A DNA stretch of 64,000 nucleotides, taken from NCBI RefSeq assembly GCF_009914755.1, contig NC_060934.1; one strand, written 5' to 3'. The notes under the pieces were generated by a model, which was not told the DNA's origin, did no database searches, and saw only the letters and a program-made list of their open reading frames with translations. Source of the DNA: the human T2T-CHM13v2.0 reference genome, Homo sapiens. Within the stretch, counting starts at the first letter, position 1. The number at the start of each line of letters is the position of its first letter. Of this stretch, positions 46,161 to 63,355 are shown in pieces. A program made the translations under genes and the position numbers.

Positions 46161-47562
46161 AAACAGACACATAGACCAATGGAACAGAATAGCGGACTCA
46201 GAAATAAAGTCGCACACCTACAACCATCTGATGTTTGACAAAGTTGATGAAAATATGCAATGGAGAAAGGACTTCTTATTCAATAAGTGGTGCTAGGATA
46301 ACTGGTTATCCATATGCCAGAGAATGAACCTGGACCCCTTCCTATCACCATATACAAATATTAACTCAAGATGGATCAAAGATTTAAATGTTAAGACCTC
46401 AAGCCATAACAATACTAGAAGAAAACCTAGGAAATACTGTTCTAGACGTTGGTCTAGGCAAATAATTTATGATTAAGTCCTTAAAAGCAAATTTAACAAA
46501 AACAAAAATTGACAGTTGAGACCTAATTAAATTAAAGAGCTCCTGTACAGCAAAATAAACTACCAACAGAGTAAACAGACAACCTACAGAATGGGAGAAA
46601 ATATTTGCAAACTAACCATCTAACAAAGGTCTAATATCCAGAATCTATGAGGAACTTAAGCAAATCAACAAACAAAAACCAAATAGCCCCATTAAAAAGT
46701 GGGCAAACAACATGAACAGACACTTCCCAAAAGAAGACATACAAGCAGCCAATGAGTATATGAAAAAATACCCATTATCACTAAACATCAGAGAAATGCA
46801 CATCAAAGCCACAATGAGACATCATCTCACACTAGTCAGAATGGCTATCATTAAAAAGTCAAAAAACAACATACTGGTAAGTTTGCAGAGAAAAGGAAGT
46901 GCTAATACACTTGGTAGGAATGCAGATTGAGCCTCTGTGAAAAGCAGTTTGGAGATTTCCCAAAGAAATAAAAATGGAATTACCATTCAACCCAGCATCC
47001 CATTACTGGGTATATGCCCAAAGGAATATAGACCATTATACTAAAAAGACTCATATATTCATCACAGTGCTATGCTCAATAGCAAAGACATGGAGTCAAC
47101 CTAGGTACCTATCAGTGGTGGACTGGATAAAGAAAATGTGGTTCATATACACCATGGAATACTACACAACCATAAAAAGGAATAAAATAATGTTCTTTGC
47201 AGCAACATAGATGCAGCTGATGGCCATTATCCTAAGCAGATTAAAATAGAAACAGAAAACCAAAAATATCACATGTTCTTACATACAAGTGGGAGCTAAA
47301 CACTGGGCACACATGGACACAAAGGTGGGAACAATAGACACTGGGAATTCGAGAAGGCGAGAGGCGAGGGCAAGGACTGAAAAACTACCTATTGGGTACT
47401 ATATTCTCTAATTGGGCAATCAGTTCTTTAGAAGCCCAAACCTCAGCACCATCCAATATACCCTTGTATTGAACCTGCACTCATGTCCCCTGAATCTAAA
47501 GTAAAAGAGAAAATACCTTTTAACATACTATTAAATTTCAGTCAATTAAAAACTAAAAAATT

Positions 47563-47858
47563 GGCCAGGTGCAGTGGCTCACGCCTGTAATTCTAGCACT
47601 TTGGGAGGATGAGGCAGGTGGATCATGAGGTCAGGAGTTCAAGACCAGCCTGGGTAAGATGGTGAAACCCTGTCTCTACTAAAAATACAAAAATTAGCCA
47701 GGCGTGGGTGCCTGTAATGCCAGCTACTTGGGAGGCTGAGGGAGAGAATTGCTTGAACCTGGGAGGCGGAGGTTGCGGTGAGCTGAGATTGCACCACTGG
47801 ACTCCAGCCTGGGCAACAGAGTGAGACTCCATCTCAAAAAAATAAATAAATAAATAAA
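47563..47858 (+). mobile_element. Alu (AluSg-like)
   Basis: Full dimer with (TAAA)n tail. Confidence 0.96.
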
Positions 47859-47879
47859 TTTAGAAGTTTACAGATTTAT

Positions 47880-49725
<1,846 letters not shown>

Positions 49726-51159
49726 TTTGGGGTAGGTTATGGCTGGGCCACTCAGGAATCCTTTCAGCCTGAAAACTCCTAAGCTATGGAGAAGTCCTTT
49801 CGTCAAGTTGAAATCCCCAGTCTCTATGGCATAGTTAGAAATTCTAAACATAAAATTTAGACATTAGGGCTGCATGTGGCAATTCCACACTCATCATTTT
49901 GTAATAAAGGTTGAACTAGACATTAATGATGCAGCCTTCAGGGGTTTTAGAGAATAAAAGTCCAGATACTATGAGATTCAGTACTTCTTGTTCTGGAGGA
50001 AACTTGGGAGTCTCTGCTGGTCACATAATTCCATCAACCTAGGGAAGGCTACTGTGAAAAATAAAGAAGGCATCAGAAATCCATATCTTCTCTCTTTCTC
50101 TCTCTAAATATATATATCTATAGATCTATATCTACAGATCTATAGATATCTATATACCTTTCCTTGTTAGATACCTTTTATTCTTTCCCCAGGTAAATCG
50201 TTTCTTCCCCTGTAGTTACTCTGAGTATTTGATTTTTTGCTGACCTAACTCACCTACAGTTGGTCTACAGAAATCATGGAAGTGACACGTGTCTGTATTT
50301 GGGCCTGAGTGTTAAAGGGGTGGCTAAGGACTGCATAAGTAGTAGCTGCAGTAATTCGTGTGAGATCTCAAAGGGGAAGGTGAGTCTTGGGAAACAAGTG
50401 TTGACTTTCTCAACTTTTAAAATCAAGTTCCTGATGTCAGCTAAGATTTGGTCAATCTTTATTTTCTGTAGTTTCTATTATGAAAACAAATGGCATGCCC
50501 TCCCTATCCCCATATAATATTAAACTATAATATGAAAAAACTTTATACTCACCCATCTGGAGATAATGACACATTTTTGCTCCCTGTCATTTGTGAATGA
50601 CTGAGTGGAAATGAGGTCTAGCTGCCTCTTCCCCTATGGGGTCTCAGTATTATTGGTCCACCAATAATATTACTAATATTACTAATATTGGTGGATCAGA
50701 TATTTATTTTATTAAGAAAGGTGATTTTCCTTTCAGATGACAGAAAGAACACAAGATTCCTTTCTCATCTTTTCCTCACACTTGTATTTTTAAAAATATG
50801 ACATGTATTGTGCACACGTGTGCTTATTACATAATCACTGAGGATATTTTAGAAGTCTGGAAAAGCAGAAATAAAAAGTTACCCAGAAGCCTATAACTTA
50901 GAAGTAACTCTTAATATTTTGGTACATTTTAATATGTAGAAATTGTTTAAAAGTTGTATATTTACTACATACTGTTTTGGCCTACATTTTCACTAGTAAT
51001 ATAATTTGAATATTTCATATACCAACAAATATTTTTAATAAAACATGTTTTTAAGTGTCAATTCTAGCATCTGTGGATTTAAGAATATCTTAGCCCTCTT
51101 CCCCCAGTTGCACTGAAGATTGATGGAGAGGACTGAGTGATACGTGTCTTTATTCATTT

Positions 51160-51780
<621 letters not shown>

Positions 51781-52796
51781 TGTCTGCACTTATTTAAATT
51801 GTCAGTTATGTTTCAGGAACATTGCTAAGATCTAGGGTTACAAAGCTGAGTCAGAGGTTTCTCTGTCTTCATTCTCATCTCCATAGGCCCAGAGGTTATT
51901 GATAGAGACAGGTATGTTAGCAGATAAGTAATAAAGCACTAGGGAAACACAGAGGAAGGAGAAACTACCCTGTTTTATTGCTATTGAATTCCTTCTATGT
52001 GAAAGGCATCACATTTTACGCACTCTCAAGAAAGGGAAAACATTTAGGATGGAGAGTCTCCAGGTGTCATCACCCTCAACAGAAAAAATTGGAAATGCCA
52101 AACAGTTATATTCTCAGTGTAAATGTAAGTGAGAAAAAAACCCTCTGTGCATAGAAGTTCAGGAAGAAACTTTGGATGGTTCAACCTGGCCCTGGGTGGA
52201 GGGCATGTAAATCTCTCCTGAAAATTGGAAACACACATAGGTTCTCATGCTGTTTGTGATCTGAATTTACCAAAGCGGCTCAACAAACTTCAAGGAGATA
52301 ATTTAATTTAAAGTGGTCTCAGTTTGGTATGGACCCATGTGACAGGCAGAAGCAAATTCAAATCCTCTTTAGAAAAACTTGACTTCGATCCAAGCTGACA
52401 ACAACTAACAAGACTTCATGGGCTCTAACCGCATCTCACTTTCAGTGATACTAAAATATGAAAAAAATATGCAACATAGAAATCAAGAGATACAATTACT
52501 GCCTGGGGAAGAACAGATCAATGTGCCTTAAAATTAAGCCTCTAGGCTTAAAAAACTATATCTAGGTAGAAAACAAAAGAAGGAGACAGCATTGATGGAA
52601 GCAAATGCAAACTATAGACGAGGAGTTCTTCATTCACTCTCTGTCCACACTAGAAGTGCAGGAGCAGTGCCCTTTGCAAAAGTTCATACTCTCACATGTC
52701 CCAGTGGCCTCATGGCTAGCTCAAGCTTCTTGAAATTCAGGGCTAAATGTTGCTTACCACAGTGTTCCAGTTCCTAGCATAGTGCTTGGTATAGAG

Positions 52797-53190
52797 CATA
52801 TCCATTTATCTGTTCAAGCTGCCATACCGAGATACCACAGATTGGGTGGCTTAAACAACAGAAATCTATTTTCTCACAGTTCTGGAGGCTAGAAGCCCAA
52901 TATCAAGGTACCAGCGAGGTTGGTTTCTGGTGAGGCCTCTTTTCCTGACTTGCAGACAACCATCCACATTCTCACTGGGTCCTCATGTGGTGGAGAGTGA
53001 GAGAGGTTTGTGGCTTTTCTTTTTCTTATAAGGACATCAGTCTAATCAGATTAGGCCCCCACCCTCACAACCTCATTTCACCTTAATTACCTCCTTAAAG
53101 GCCCCATTTTCAAATAAAGTCACCCTAAGGGTTAGGGCTTCAATGTATACATTGTTTTTGTTGGGGAGGACACAATTCACTCATACAGCA
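52797..53190 (-). mobile_element. MLT1A-like LTR
   Basis: taccacagattgggtggcttaaacaacagaaatctattttctcacagttctggaggctagaag. Confidence 0.88.
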
Positions 53191-53413
53191 TGTCTTCAAT
53201 AGATATATGTTACAATAATATCACTTTTATTTCATGAGTGCCCCTATTTCTGATGGTCATATTCCCTTCACATCATATAGAGCTGATCGTTTAGGTTGAC
53301 TTGTGCCTCTGAATTTGGCTTTTTCTTTCCTTTGTGGATCCGTTCTGAAGAAATTGATATCCCTGGCCTTCTAGGTATTCTGAAGTCCAGGGATCTTTTA
53401 TAATTATGGACAT

Positions 53414-53840
53414 TGCTATAGCTTGGATATGGTTTGTTTGTCCCTACCAAATCTTATTGAAATTTGATCCTAGTATTGAAGGTGGGGTCTAATGGGAAGT
53501 GTTCCGGTTTTGGGGGCAGATCCCTTATGAATAGATATGCCCTCCCTGGGGTGTGTGTGAGTGACTTCTCAGGCTATTAGTTCCTGTGTGAAAGCTGGTT
53601 GTTAAAAACAGCCTGGCACCTCTCATATCCCTGCTTCCTTTCCTGCTATGTAATCTCTGCACATATCATCTCTCCTTTGCCTTCTGCCATGAGTGGAAGC
53701 AGTGTGAGACCCTAACCAGATGCAGATGCTGGCATCATGCTTCTTGTACAGTCTGCAGAACTGTGAGCCAACTAAATCTCTCTTAGTAAATTACCCAGCC
53801 TCAGGTGTTCCTTTAAAGCAACACAAAATAGACTAAGACA
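53414..53840 (+). mobile_element. MSTB1-like solo LTR
   Basis: tgctatagcttggatatggtttgtttgtccc ... gcaacacaaaatagactaagaca. Confidence 0.88.
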
Positions 53841-53844
53841 GATA

Positions 53845-54375
53845 TATACAATATACCTGCCAGAATAGCTAAAATGAATAGACAGAAAATACCAAGTGGT
53901 GGTGAGGATGTGAAGCAGCTGGAGTCCTCATACACTGTTGGTGGGAGTATAAGCTGGTACAACCATCTGGCAAACTCCTTGACAGCATGTCAAAGCTAAA
54001 TATATGCATACCCCATGCTATATATACATATGACCCAGATAGTCTACTCCTAGGTATTTATCCAACAGAAATTCATCCATATGTTCACCAAAGACACAGA
54101 CAAAAATATTCGGAGCAGCACTATTCATAATAGCACTAAATGAGAAACTGCCTAAATGCCCATCAAAAATAGGTGAATATCCTGTCATTTGTGACAACAT
54201 GGATGAACCTGGAGGACATTATATTAAAAAGAAATAAGCCAGGAACAGAAAGACAAACACCGCATGATTTCATTCATACATGTGATCTAAAAAAGTTGAT
54301 CTCATAGACATAGAGTGTAGAATAGTGGTTACCAGAAGCTGGGGTGGTTAGAAGAAAGGGGGGTTTGGGAGATGT
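53845..54375 (+). mobile_element. L1M 3' fragments (older L1M plus an L1MA-like piece at 54178-54375)
   Basis: ggtgaggatgtgaagcagctggagtcctcatacactg; atcctgtcatttgtgacaacatggatgaacctggaggacattat. Confidence 0.8.
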
Positions 54376-54706
54376 GATGCCAGTCATAATCCTAAAAGGC
54401 ACACAATCCTAAATGTCATAATCCTGACTGTTGAAACCTCAAAAGGTCAAAATCCCTAAAGTGTAAAATTTGTAACATCCCCAAATTCCAAAATTCACAA
54501 TCTTGAAATATAAAATCCTGAATGTTGAAATCCTGAAAGCTGAATTCTGGGGAAGGGATTAGTGCATTTTTGGTTGCAAGCAAGGTAGTTGTAACATGTT
54601 AGTTGTATCATGTTAGAGGAAATATTACCTTGTCATTGTCTTTATTTGGAAATTAAGTATAATTTAAGGAGATGCTTATAGGTGCCAAGTTGACAAGGGG
54701 TGGACT

Positions 54707-55281
54707 TGTGGACTTAATTTTAGATGTCATCTTGACTAGATTGAAGAATACCTAGAAACCTGGTAACACATTATTTTGGGTATGTCTGTAAGGGTGTTTT
54801 CAGAGGAGATGTATGTGTGAGTCAGAGTGGACTAGCTGAGGAAGATCGCTCCTGAATGTTGGCAGGCACCATCCAACTGGCCAGGGGCCCTGAGAGAACA
54901 AGTGCAGAAGGCAAATTGGTCTCTCCCTGAGGGCTGGAATAGACTTTTCTTCTGGGGCCTTAGACAGCTGAACTCTAGGCCCTTTGATCTTTGGACTGCA
55001 GGATTTACACCAGTGGCCCCCCAGAGTGTGAGGCCTTGGACTCAGAGTTACACAATTGGCTTTCCTGGTGCTGAGGCCTTTGGACCTGAACTGAGTCATG
55101 CTATCGGCATCCTATGGTCTGCAGCTTGCAGATGGCCTATCATGGACTTCTCAGCCACCATAATCATGTAAGCTAGTTCCCAAAGCCCTTAATAAATACC
55201 CTCATATATCACATATATATATATATGATATACCAGTATATTCTATTAGTTCTGTCTCTCTGGAGAACCTTGACTAATGCG
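54707..55281 (+). mobile_element. MLT2B-like (HERV-L) LTR carried inside Ricksha
   Basis: Preceded by PPT gacaaggggtggact; ends ctattagttctgtctctctggagaaccttgactaat. Confidence 0.85.
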
Positions 55282-55338
55282 GATTTGTTATTGGGGAAGC
55301 TGAATATCATTCCCTCTTATTGTATTCTTGACAATGCA

Positions 55339-55660
55339 GTGAAAGAGATCTGTGAAATTGTTCCCTCATAAATAGGCTGTGATAAGTTAAGTGTGTAAAG
55401 CTAATCAATAGTGAAAGATAAAAGTTTAAAAACTAATCATTATTGGTGCTGAGAAAGCAGAAACATCACTTAATTGCAAGGATTAAATAATAATCAGACT
55501 TTCAAATGGACAATATATACTTTCAAAATTTGTAGAATGCAACCACTCTCCAAACACAAGTGCAGTGAGTATTTTAAAGATCATAGAGTAATTGAAAATG
55601 CAGGCTAAAAACACGAGAAATCTCCCCTGCCAAGTTATTCAGTCATGTGCAACTTCTGCC
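55339..55660 (+). pseudogene. MULE transposase N-terminal FLYWCH-like remnant
   Basis: Manual translation: KEICEIVPS*IGCDKLSV...VKDKSLKTNHYWC*ESR / SLNCK...LSKFVECNHSP; stops and a frameshift. Confidence 0.6.
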
Positions 55661-56254
55661 CCTTCACACACAGCACCAATTTGCTATACTATGTATTTCA
55701 TCTTCACATTATTTCCAATACTGGAAGTAAAAATTGTGCAAAGACTTTTATAGTGTTCTAGTTTGCTTTATGCATTTTTGTTTTTTACAAATTTGACTCC
55801 GCAAAAGTGCATTATCATGATGTTAACTTTGTGTGTAAGAATTGTGCATATACATAAAAATGTTGACTTTCTCAGTAAATAAAAATACATACTTTTTGTA
55901 CATCTGCATTTGTGAATGGTAAATTTCTCAAGATCTCAGCTTTGCAGTGATAGCATATGCGGTGCTGACCCATTGAAGTTTTAGATTGATATTGTCAAAA
56001 AACATAGGTTGTCTGTCATGGTATTTCAAATGATTGCAGTTATAAAGCTGAGTACACACAATTACTGACTATAGTGATATGCATTGATACATTTCACTTT
56101 TTGACCCATTTCTTTAGAAATATGATTTGTCTGCTCATGACTGTTACAGTCATGTGACTGTCACTGGTATACCTGTGTTTATACTTGCAAGATATATATG
56201 TTATTTTTGTGTTATTAATATAGTATGTAAAGTGGCCTATGAAGTGTTCTGTCA

Positions 56255-56560
56255 TTTTTTTTTTTTTTTTTGAGAGGGAGTTTCACTCTTGTTGCCCAGG
56301 CTGGAGTGCAGTGACACAATCTTGGCTCACTGTAACCTCCACCTCCTGGGTTCAAATTATTTTCTTGTTTCATCAGCCTCCCAAGTACCTGGGATTACAG
56401 GTGTACGCCACTATGCCTGGCTAATTTTTTTTGTATTTTTAGTAGAAATAGGGTTTCACCATGTTGGTCAGGCTGGCCCTGAACTCCTGACCTCAAGTTA
56501 TCCATCCACCTTGGCCTCCCAAAGTGTTGGGATTACAGGTGTGAACCACCGTGCCTGGCC
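56255..56560 (-). mobile_element. Alu inserted in Ricksha
   Basis: Antisense dimer. Confidence 0.96.
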
Positions 56561-56694
56561 CTGTAATGTTTTTATGTTTCTCAAATAAATAATAAATCTC
56601 CTTTTAAAAAGATAAGTAAATATTTTAAAAAGAATTAAAAAAAACTACTTTTCCCAGAATTAGATTTTCTGGATTTTCATCTTTTGGTATTTCA

Positions 56695-57537
<843 letters not shown>

Positions 57538-57638
57538 ACACCCTACACACCAATGAAAAGGAATGATCTACATCTATCTGCAACCATATGGATGAATCTT
57601 CTAAATATATGTTAAATGAAAGAGGAATGTACAGATAC

Positions 57639-58166
57639 CAGTGGGTGGTGAGAACTGTCCACCCCAGGTGTAGGCAATGAGTGTGCATTGGCTGTAGAAA
57701 ATTTAAAAATAATTATAAAACTGACTAAAATTAGTTTCTCTTCTTTTTTTTTTCTTTTTTGAGACAAGGTCTTGCTCTGTCACCCAGGCTGGAGTGCAGT
57801 GGTACAGTGGCGTGATCTTGGCTCACTGCAACCTCTGCCTCCCGGGGTCAAGTGATCCTCCCACCTGCAGCCTCCTGATTAGCTGGGACTATAGGCAGAA
57901 GCCACCACATCTGGCTAATTTTTGTATTTTTAGTAGAGACAGGGTTTCACCACGTTGCCCAGGCTGGTCTCAAACTCCTGAACTAAAGCAATGCAATCTG
58001 CCTGTGCTGGCCTCCTAAAGTGCTGGGATTACAGGTGTGAGCCACTGTGCCCAGTAATTTTTCTTCTTTTTGAATTCCATGTGCTATTGATTCAATGAGT
58101 AATAAAATATTTCTTCCTGCTGGGGCAGAGCACCCCTTCCCATTCCCGACCCCTACCCCATCACTG
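57639..58166 (+). mobile_element. MER97-like hAT element split by an Alu
   Basis: cagtgg...gtccaccccaggtgtaggcaat...tgtagaaaatttaaaaataattataaaactgactaaaa ... tcactg. Confidence 0.5.
57740..58053 (-). mobile_element. Alu (AluJ-like)
   Basis: Antisense dimer. Confidence 0.95.
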
Positions 58167-58203
58167 GAGTGAAAGAAGCTTGCCATAATAGTGTACATAC
58201 TAT

Positions 58204-58509
<306 letters not shown>

Positions 58510-58739
58510 CTACATGATTCCATTTTAAAGTACAAAACCAGGCAAAACTAATCTATGCTGTTAGCATTCAGGATAGCTTTTTAAGTCTTTGAGATGGTGA
58601 CTAGAATGAAGCATGAAGGGATTCTAGAAGCTGGAAATGCCCTGGATATTGGTTATAAGGGTGTGTTAAATGTGTTAAAATTCACTGAACTGTACCCTTA
58701 TGATCTGTGCACTTCTTGTATGTTATATTCCAACAAAAA

Positions 58740-59039
58740 TTTTTTTTTTTTTTGAGAAGGAGTCTGGCTCTGTTGCCCAGGCTGGAGTGCAATGGCACAA
58801 TCTCGGCTACTGCAACCTCTGCCTCCCGGGTTCAAGCGATTCTCCTGCCTCAGCCTCCCGAGTAGAGCAGCTGGGATTACAGGCGTATGCCACCATGCCT
58901 GGCTAATTTTTGTATTTTTAGTAGAGATGGGGTTTCACCTTGTTGGCCAGGCTGGTCTTGAACTCCTGACCCCAAGTGGTCTGCCCAGCCTGGCCTCCCA
59001 AAGTGTTGGGATTACAGGCATGAGCCACTGCTCCTGGCC
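58740..59039 (-). mobile_element. Alu (AluS-like)
   Basis: Antisense dimer. Confidence 0.97.
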
Positions 59040-61420
59040 CCAATATAAAGTTTTTAAGAAAGTTATAACACATTAAAAAATTTAGATATACTTAAGAATT
59101 ACAGTTTTGCCCAGGAATGTATTTCTGGCTTGATTTTAGAAAAAAAAAAATACTTCTGTCTGCCTCAATGGAAATTTCCATCATAATTGCTTCTAACCAA
59201 TAGTTTGAGAATCAATCCCTAAAAGTTCAGCACAGGCAGTTATTGAGTGCCTGCCATGTGGGAGAAATACTGAGCATCATGGTTTGATGGTAAGAAAGAA
59301 GGGCCATCTCTTAAAGCTGACTTAAAGCAGTTAAAATGCTTGGGACTTAATTACATGAAACTAGGCATTTACCTTTAAACACAGATGGCAGATAACCTGC
59401 AATTCTCTTTTGCTATTTCTGCGGAGTGTGAATTCCTTTTGAGGTCACTAACTTTGCAGGAGAGGGACAGAGCTTGAGCTGGGAAGAATGAAGGTAAGTG
59501 GGTGGAGCAGATGAAGACCAAAGGAAGAAGCTGAGAAAAAGGCCAGAGAGAGGAAAAAGGTCATTGCTCCTTCTATCCCCATCAACCAGAGTGGATAAAG
59601 GGATAAAATAGAAACAAACCATCATTCATCATCACTGAATAAGAGAAAGGACATCTCTTCACTTCAACAAAAAGTATTTTTTTTTTGTTAACTGAGGGTG
59701 TTAACTGAGGATAAAGGACTCTTCTTTAAATTGAGTAAGTTTAACTTTATGAAAAAGCCACTTTTTAAATACTTTTTTTTGGTATTTTTCTGTGAATTGG
59801 TAAAAAAAAAAATTCATCACTGACTGATGTTGAGAGGGACCACTGTTCTAGTCCAGAGATTGGCTTTTTCCATAAAGGGTAAGAAAATAAATGTCTTAAG
59901 CTTTGGGGGCCATGTTTTCTGTTGCAACTACTCAATTCTGCCATTGTAGCATGAAAGCAGCTATGGAAAATATGCAAATGAATGAGAATGGCTGTGTTCC
60001 ACTAAAACCTTATTTGAAGACACTAAAATTGCTATGACTGAGCAAAATTCAACAAAATTGAGATCCAAAAATTTATACAAAAGATCAATGAAAGGAAAAG
60101 TTGGTTATTTGAAAGGATAAACAAGATTGATAGACCACTACCTAGATTAACAAAGAAAAAAGGAGAGATGTTCCAAATAAGCACAATTAGAAATGACAAA
60201 TGTGACATTACCACTGATCTCACAGAAATAAAGATTATCAAGACCATTATGAACATTTATGCACACAAACTAAAAAATCTAGAGGAAATAGATAAAGTCC
60301 TGGAAACACACGACTTCTCAAGATTGAATCAGAATTAATTAAACCCTGAACACACCAATAATAATATTGAATCAGTAATAAAAAACTACCAACCAAAAAA
60401 AGCCTTGAACCAGATGGATTCACAGCCAAATTTTGTCAGATGTACAAAAAAGAACTGGTACCAATCCAACTATTACAAAATATCAAGGAAGAGAGACTCC
60501 TCCCTAACACATTCTGCATAAACAGCATCATCCTGATACAAAAATTTCACAAAGACACAATAAAAAAAGAAAACTACAGGCAAATATTCCTGATGAACAC
60601 AGACACAAAAATCCTCAACAAAATACTTGTAAAGAGAATTCAGCAGCACATCAAAAAGTTAGTTCACCATGATGAAGTAGGCTTCATTCCTGGGATGCAA
60701 GGTTGACTGAACACACATAAATCAATAAATGTGATTCACCACATAAACAGAATTAAAACCATATGATCAGATGCAGAAAAAACATTTGGTAAAATCCAAC
60801 ATCACTTCATGATAAAAACCCTCAACAAACAAGGCATTACAGGAAATTACCTCGAAATAATAAGAGCTATCCATGACAACCCAGAGCCAACATCATATTG
60901 AACAGGAAAAAGTTGGAAGCGTTTCTCCAAGAACTGAAACAAACAAGGATACTTGCTCTCACCACTTCTATTCAATGTAATACTGGAAGTCCTAGCTAGA
61001 GCAGCAATCAGGCAAGAGAAAGAAATAAAAGTCATCCAAATAGGGAAAGAGGAAGTCAAATTATCTCTCTTCACTGATGAAATGATTCTATACCTAGAAA
61101 ACCCTGAGGACTCTGTGAAGTCTCCTAGAACTGATAAATGACATCAGTAAAGTTTCAGGATACAAAAAACCATGTACGAAAACCGGTAGCATTTCTATAC
61201 ACCAATAACATTCAAACTGAGAGCCAAATTAAGAATACAATCTCATTTACAATAGTTAAACACAAAAATACCTAGGAGTACATCTAACAAAGGAGATAAA
61301 AGATTTCTATAAGGAGAACTACAAAACACCGCTGAAAGAAATCATAGATGACATGAACAAATGAATAAACATTCCATGCTCATGGGTTGGAAAAATCAAT
61401 ATTGTTAACATGGGCCATAA

Positions 61421-61777
<357 letters not shown>

Positions 61778-62640
61778 TCATTTTTCACAGGATTAGAAAA
61801 ACTATCTGAAAATGTATATGCAACCAAAAACGAGCCTGAATAGCCAGGGCAATCCTAAACAAAAAGAATAAAGTTGGAGGCATCACCTTACCCAACTTCA
61901 AACTATACTACAAGGCTTTAGTAACCAAAACAGCATAATAAAAGCAGTCATAGATGAATGGAACAGAATAGAGAACTCAGAAATAAAGTTGCACACCTAT
62001 AACCATCTGATGATCAACAAAGTTGACAAAAATAAGCAATGGAGAAAGGACTCCTTATTCAATAAATGGTGCTGAGATAACTGGCTATCCATATGCCAGA
62101 GAATGAACCTGGACCCCTTGCTATCAGCGTATATAAAAATTAACTCAAGATGGATCAAATATTTAAATGTAAGACCTCAAACTATAAATATCCTAGAATA
62201 AAACCTAGGAAATACCCTTTTCGACATCAGCTTTGGCAAATAATTTATGACTAAGTCCTCAAAAGCAATTGCAACAAAAACAGAAATTGACAGTTGGACC
62301 TAATTAAACTAAAGAGTTTCTCCATAGCAAAATAAACTACCAACAAATTAAACAGACAACCTATAGAATAGGAGAAAATATGCACAAACTATGCATCCTG
62401 CAGAGGTCTAATATCCAGAATCTATAAGGAAATTAAACAAATCAACGAGAAAAAACCAAATAACCCCATTAAAAAATGAGCAAAGGACATGAACAGACAC
62501 TTCTCAAAAGAAGACATACAAGCAGCCAAAAACATAAGAAAAAATGCTCATCATCACTAATCATCAGAGCAATGCAATCCAAACCCACGAGATACTATCT
62601 CACACTTGTCAGGATTGCTAATATTAAAAAGTCAAAAAAT

Positions 62641-62930
62641 GACAGGCGTGGTGGCTTACATCTGTAATCCCAGCACCTTGAGAGGCCGAGGCGGGTGGAT
62701 CACGAGGTCAGGAGTTCAAGACCAGCCTGGCCAAGATGGTGAAACCCCGTCTCTACTAAAAATACAAAAATTAGCCAGGCGTGGTGGTGGGTGCCTGTAA
62801 TCCCAGCTACTCGGGAGGCTGAGGCAGAGAATTGTTTGAACTCAGGAGACGGAGGTTTGCAGTGAGCTGAGATTGCGCTACTATACTCCAGCCTGGGCAA
62901 CAGAGTGAGACGCCGTTTCAAAAAAAAAAG
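62641..62930 (+). mobile_element. Alu in L1
   Basis: Full dimer. Confidence 0.96.
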
Positions 62931-63052
62931 TAAAAAAATAATAGATGTTGGCAAGGATACAGAGAAAAGGAAATGCTTATTTACTGTTAGAATGTAAATT
63001 AGTTCAGCCACTGTGGAAAGCACTTTGAAGATTTCTCAAGGAACTAAAAACA

Positions 63053-63355
63053 GGCTGAACATAGTGGCTTATGCCTGTAATTCCAGCATCTCGAGAGGCT
63101 GAGGCAGGAGGCTTGCTTGAGCCCAGGAGTTCAAGATTAGCCTGGGGAAGATGGCGGGAACCCATCTCTACAAAAAATTAAAAAATTAGCTGGGTGCTGG
63201 TAGCATGTGTCTGTGATTTGACTATTTGGGAGGCTGAGGCAGGAGGATCCCTTGAACTCAGGAATTCAAGGTGGCAGTGAGCTATGACTGCATCACTGAA
63301 TTCCAGCCTGGGTGACAGAGTGAGACCCTGTCTCTAAAAAAAGAGAGAAAAAAAG
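63053..63355 (+). mobile_element. Alu (AluJ-like) in L1
   Basis: Full dimer; TSD aaaaacag. Confidence 0.95.

Noticed and set aside
54376-54545. Regularly spaced aatcc units suggesting a CRISPR-like array
   Set aside because: These are degenerate subterminal repeats of Ricksha, mirrored at 56660-56749; there is no repeat-spacer structure and the DNA is eukaryotic
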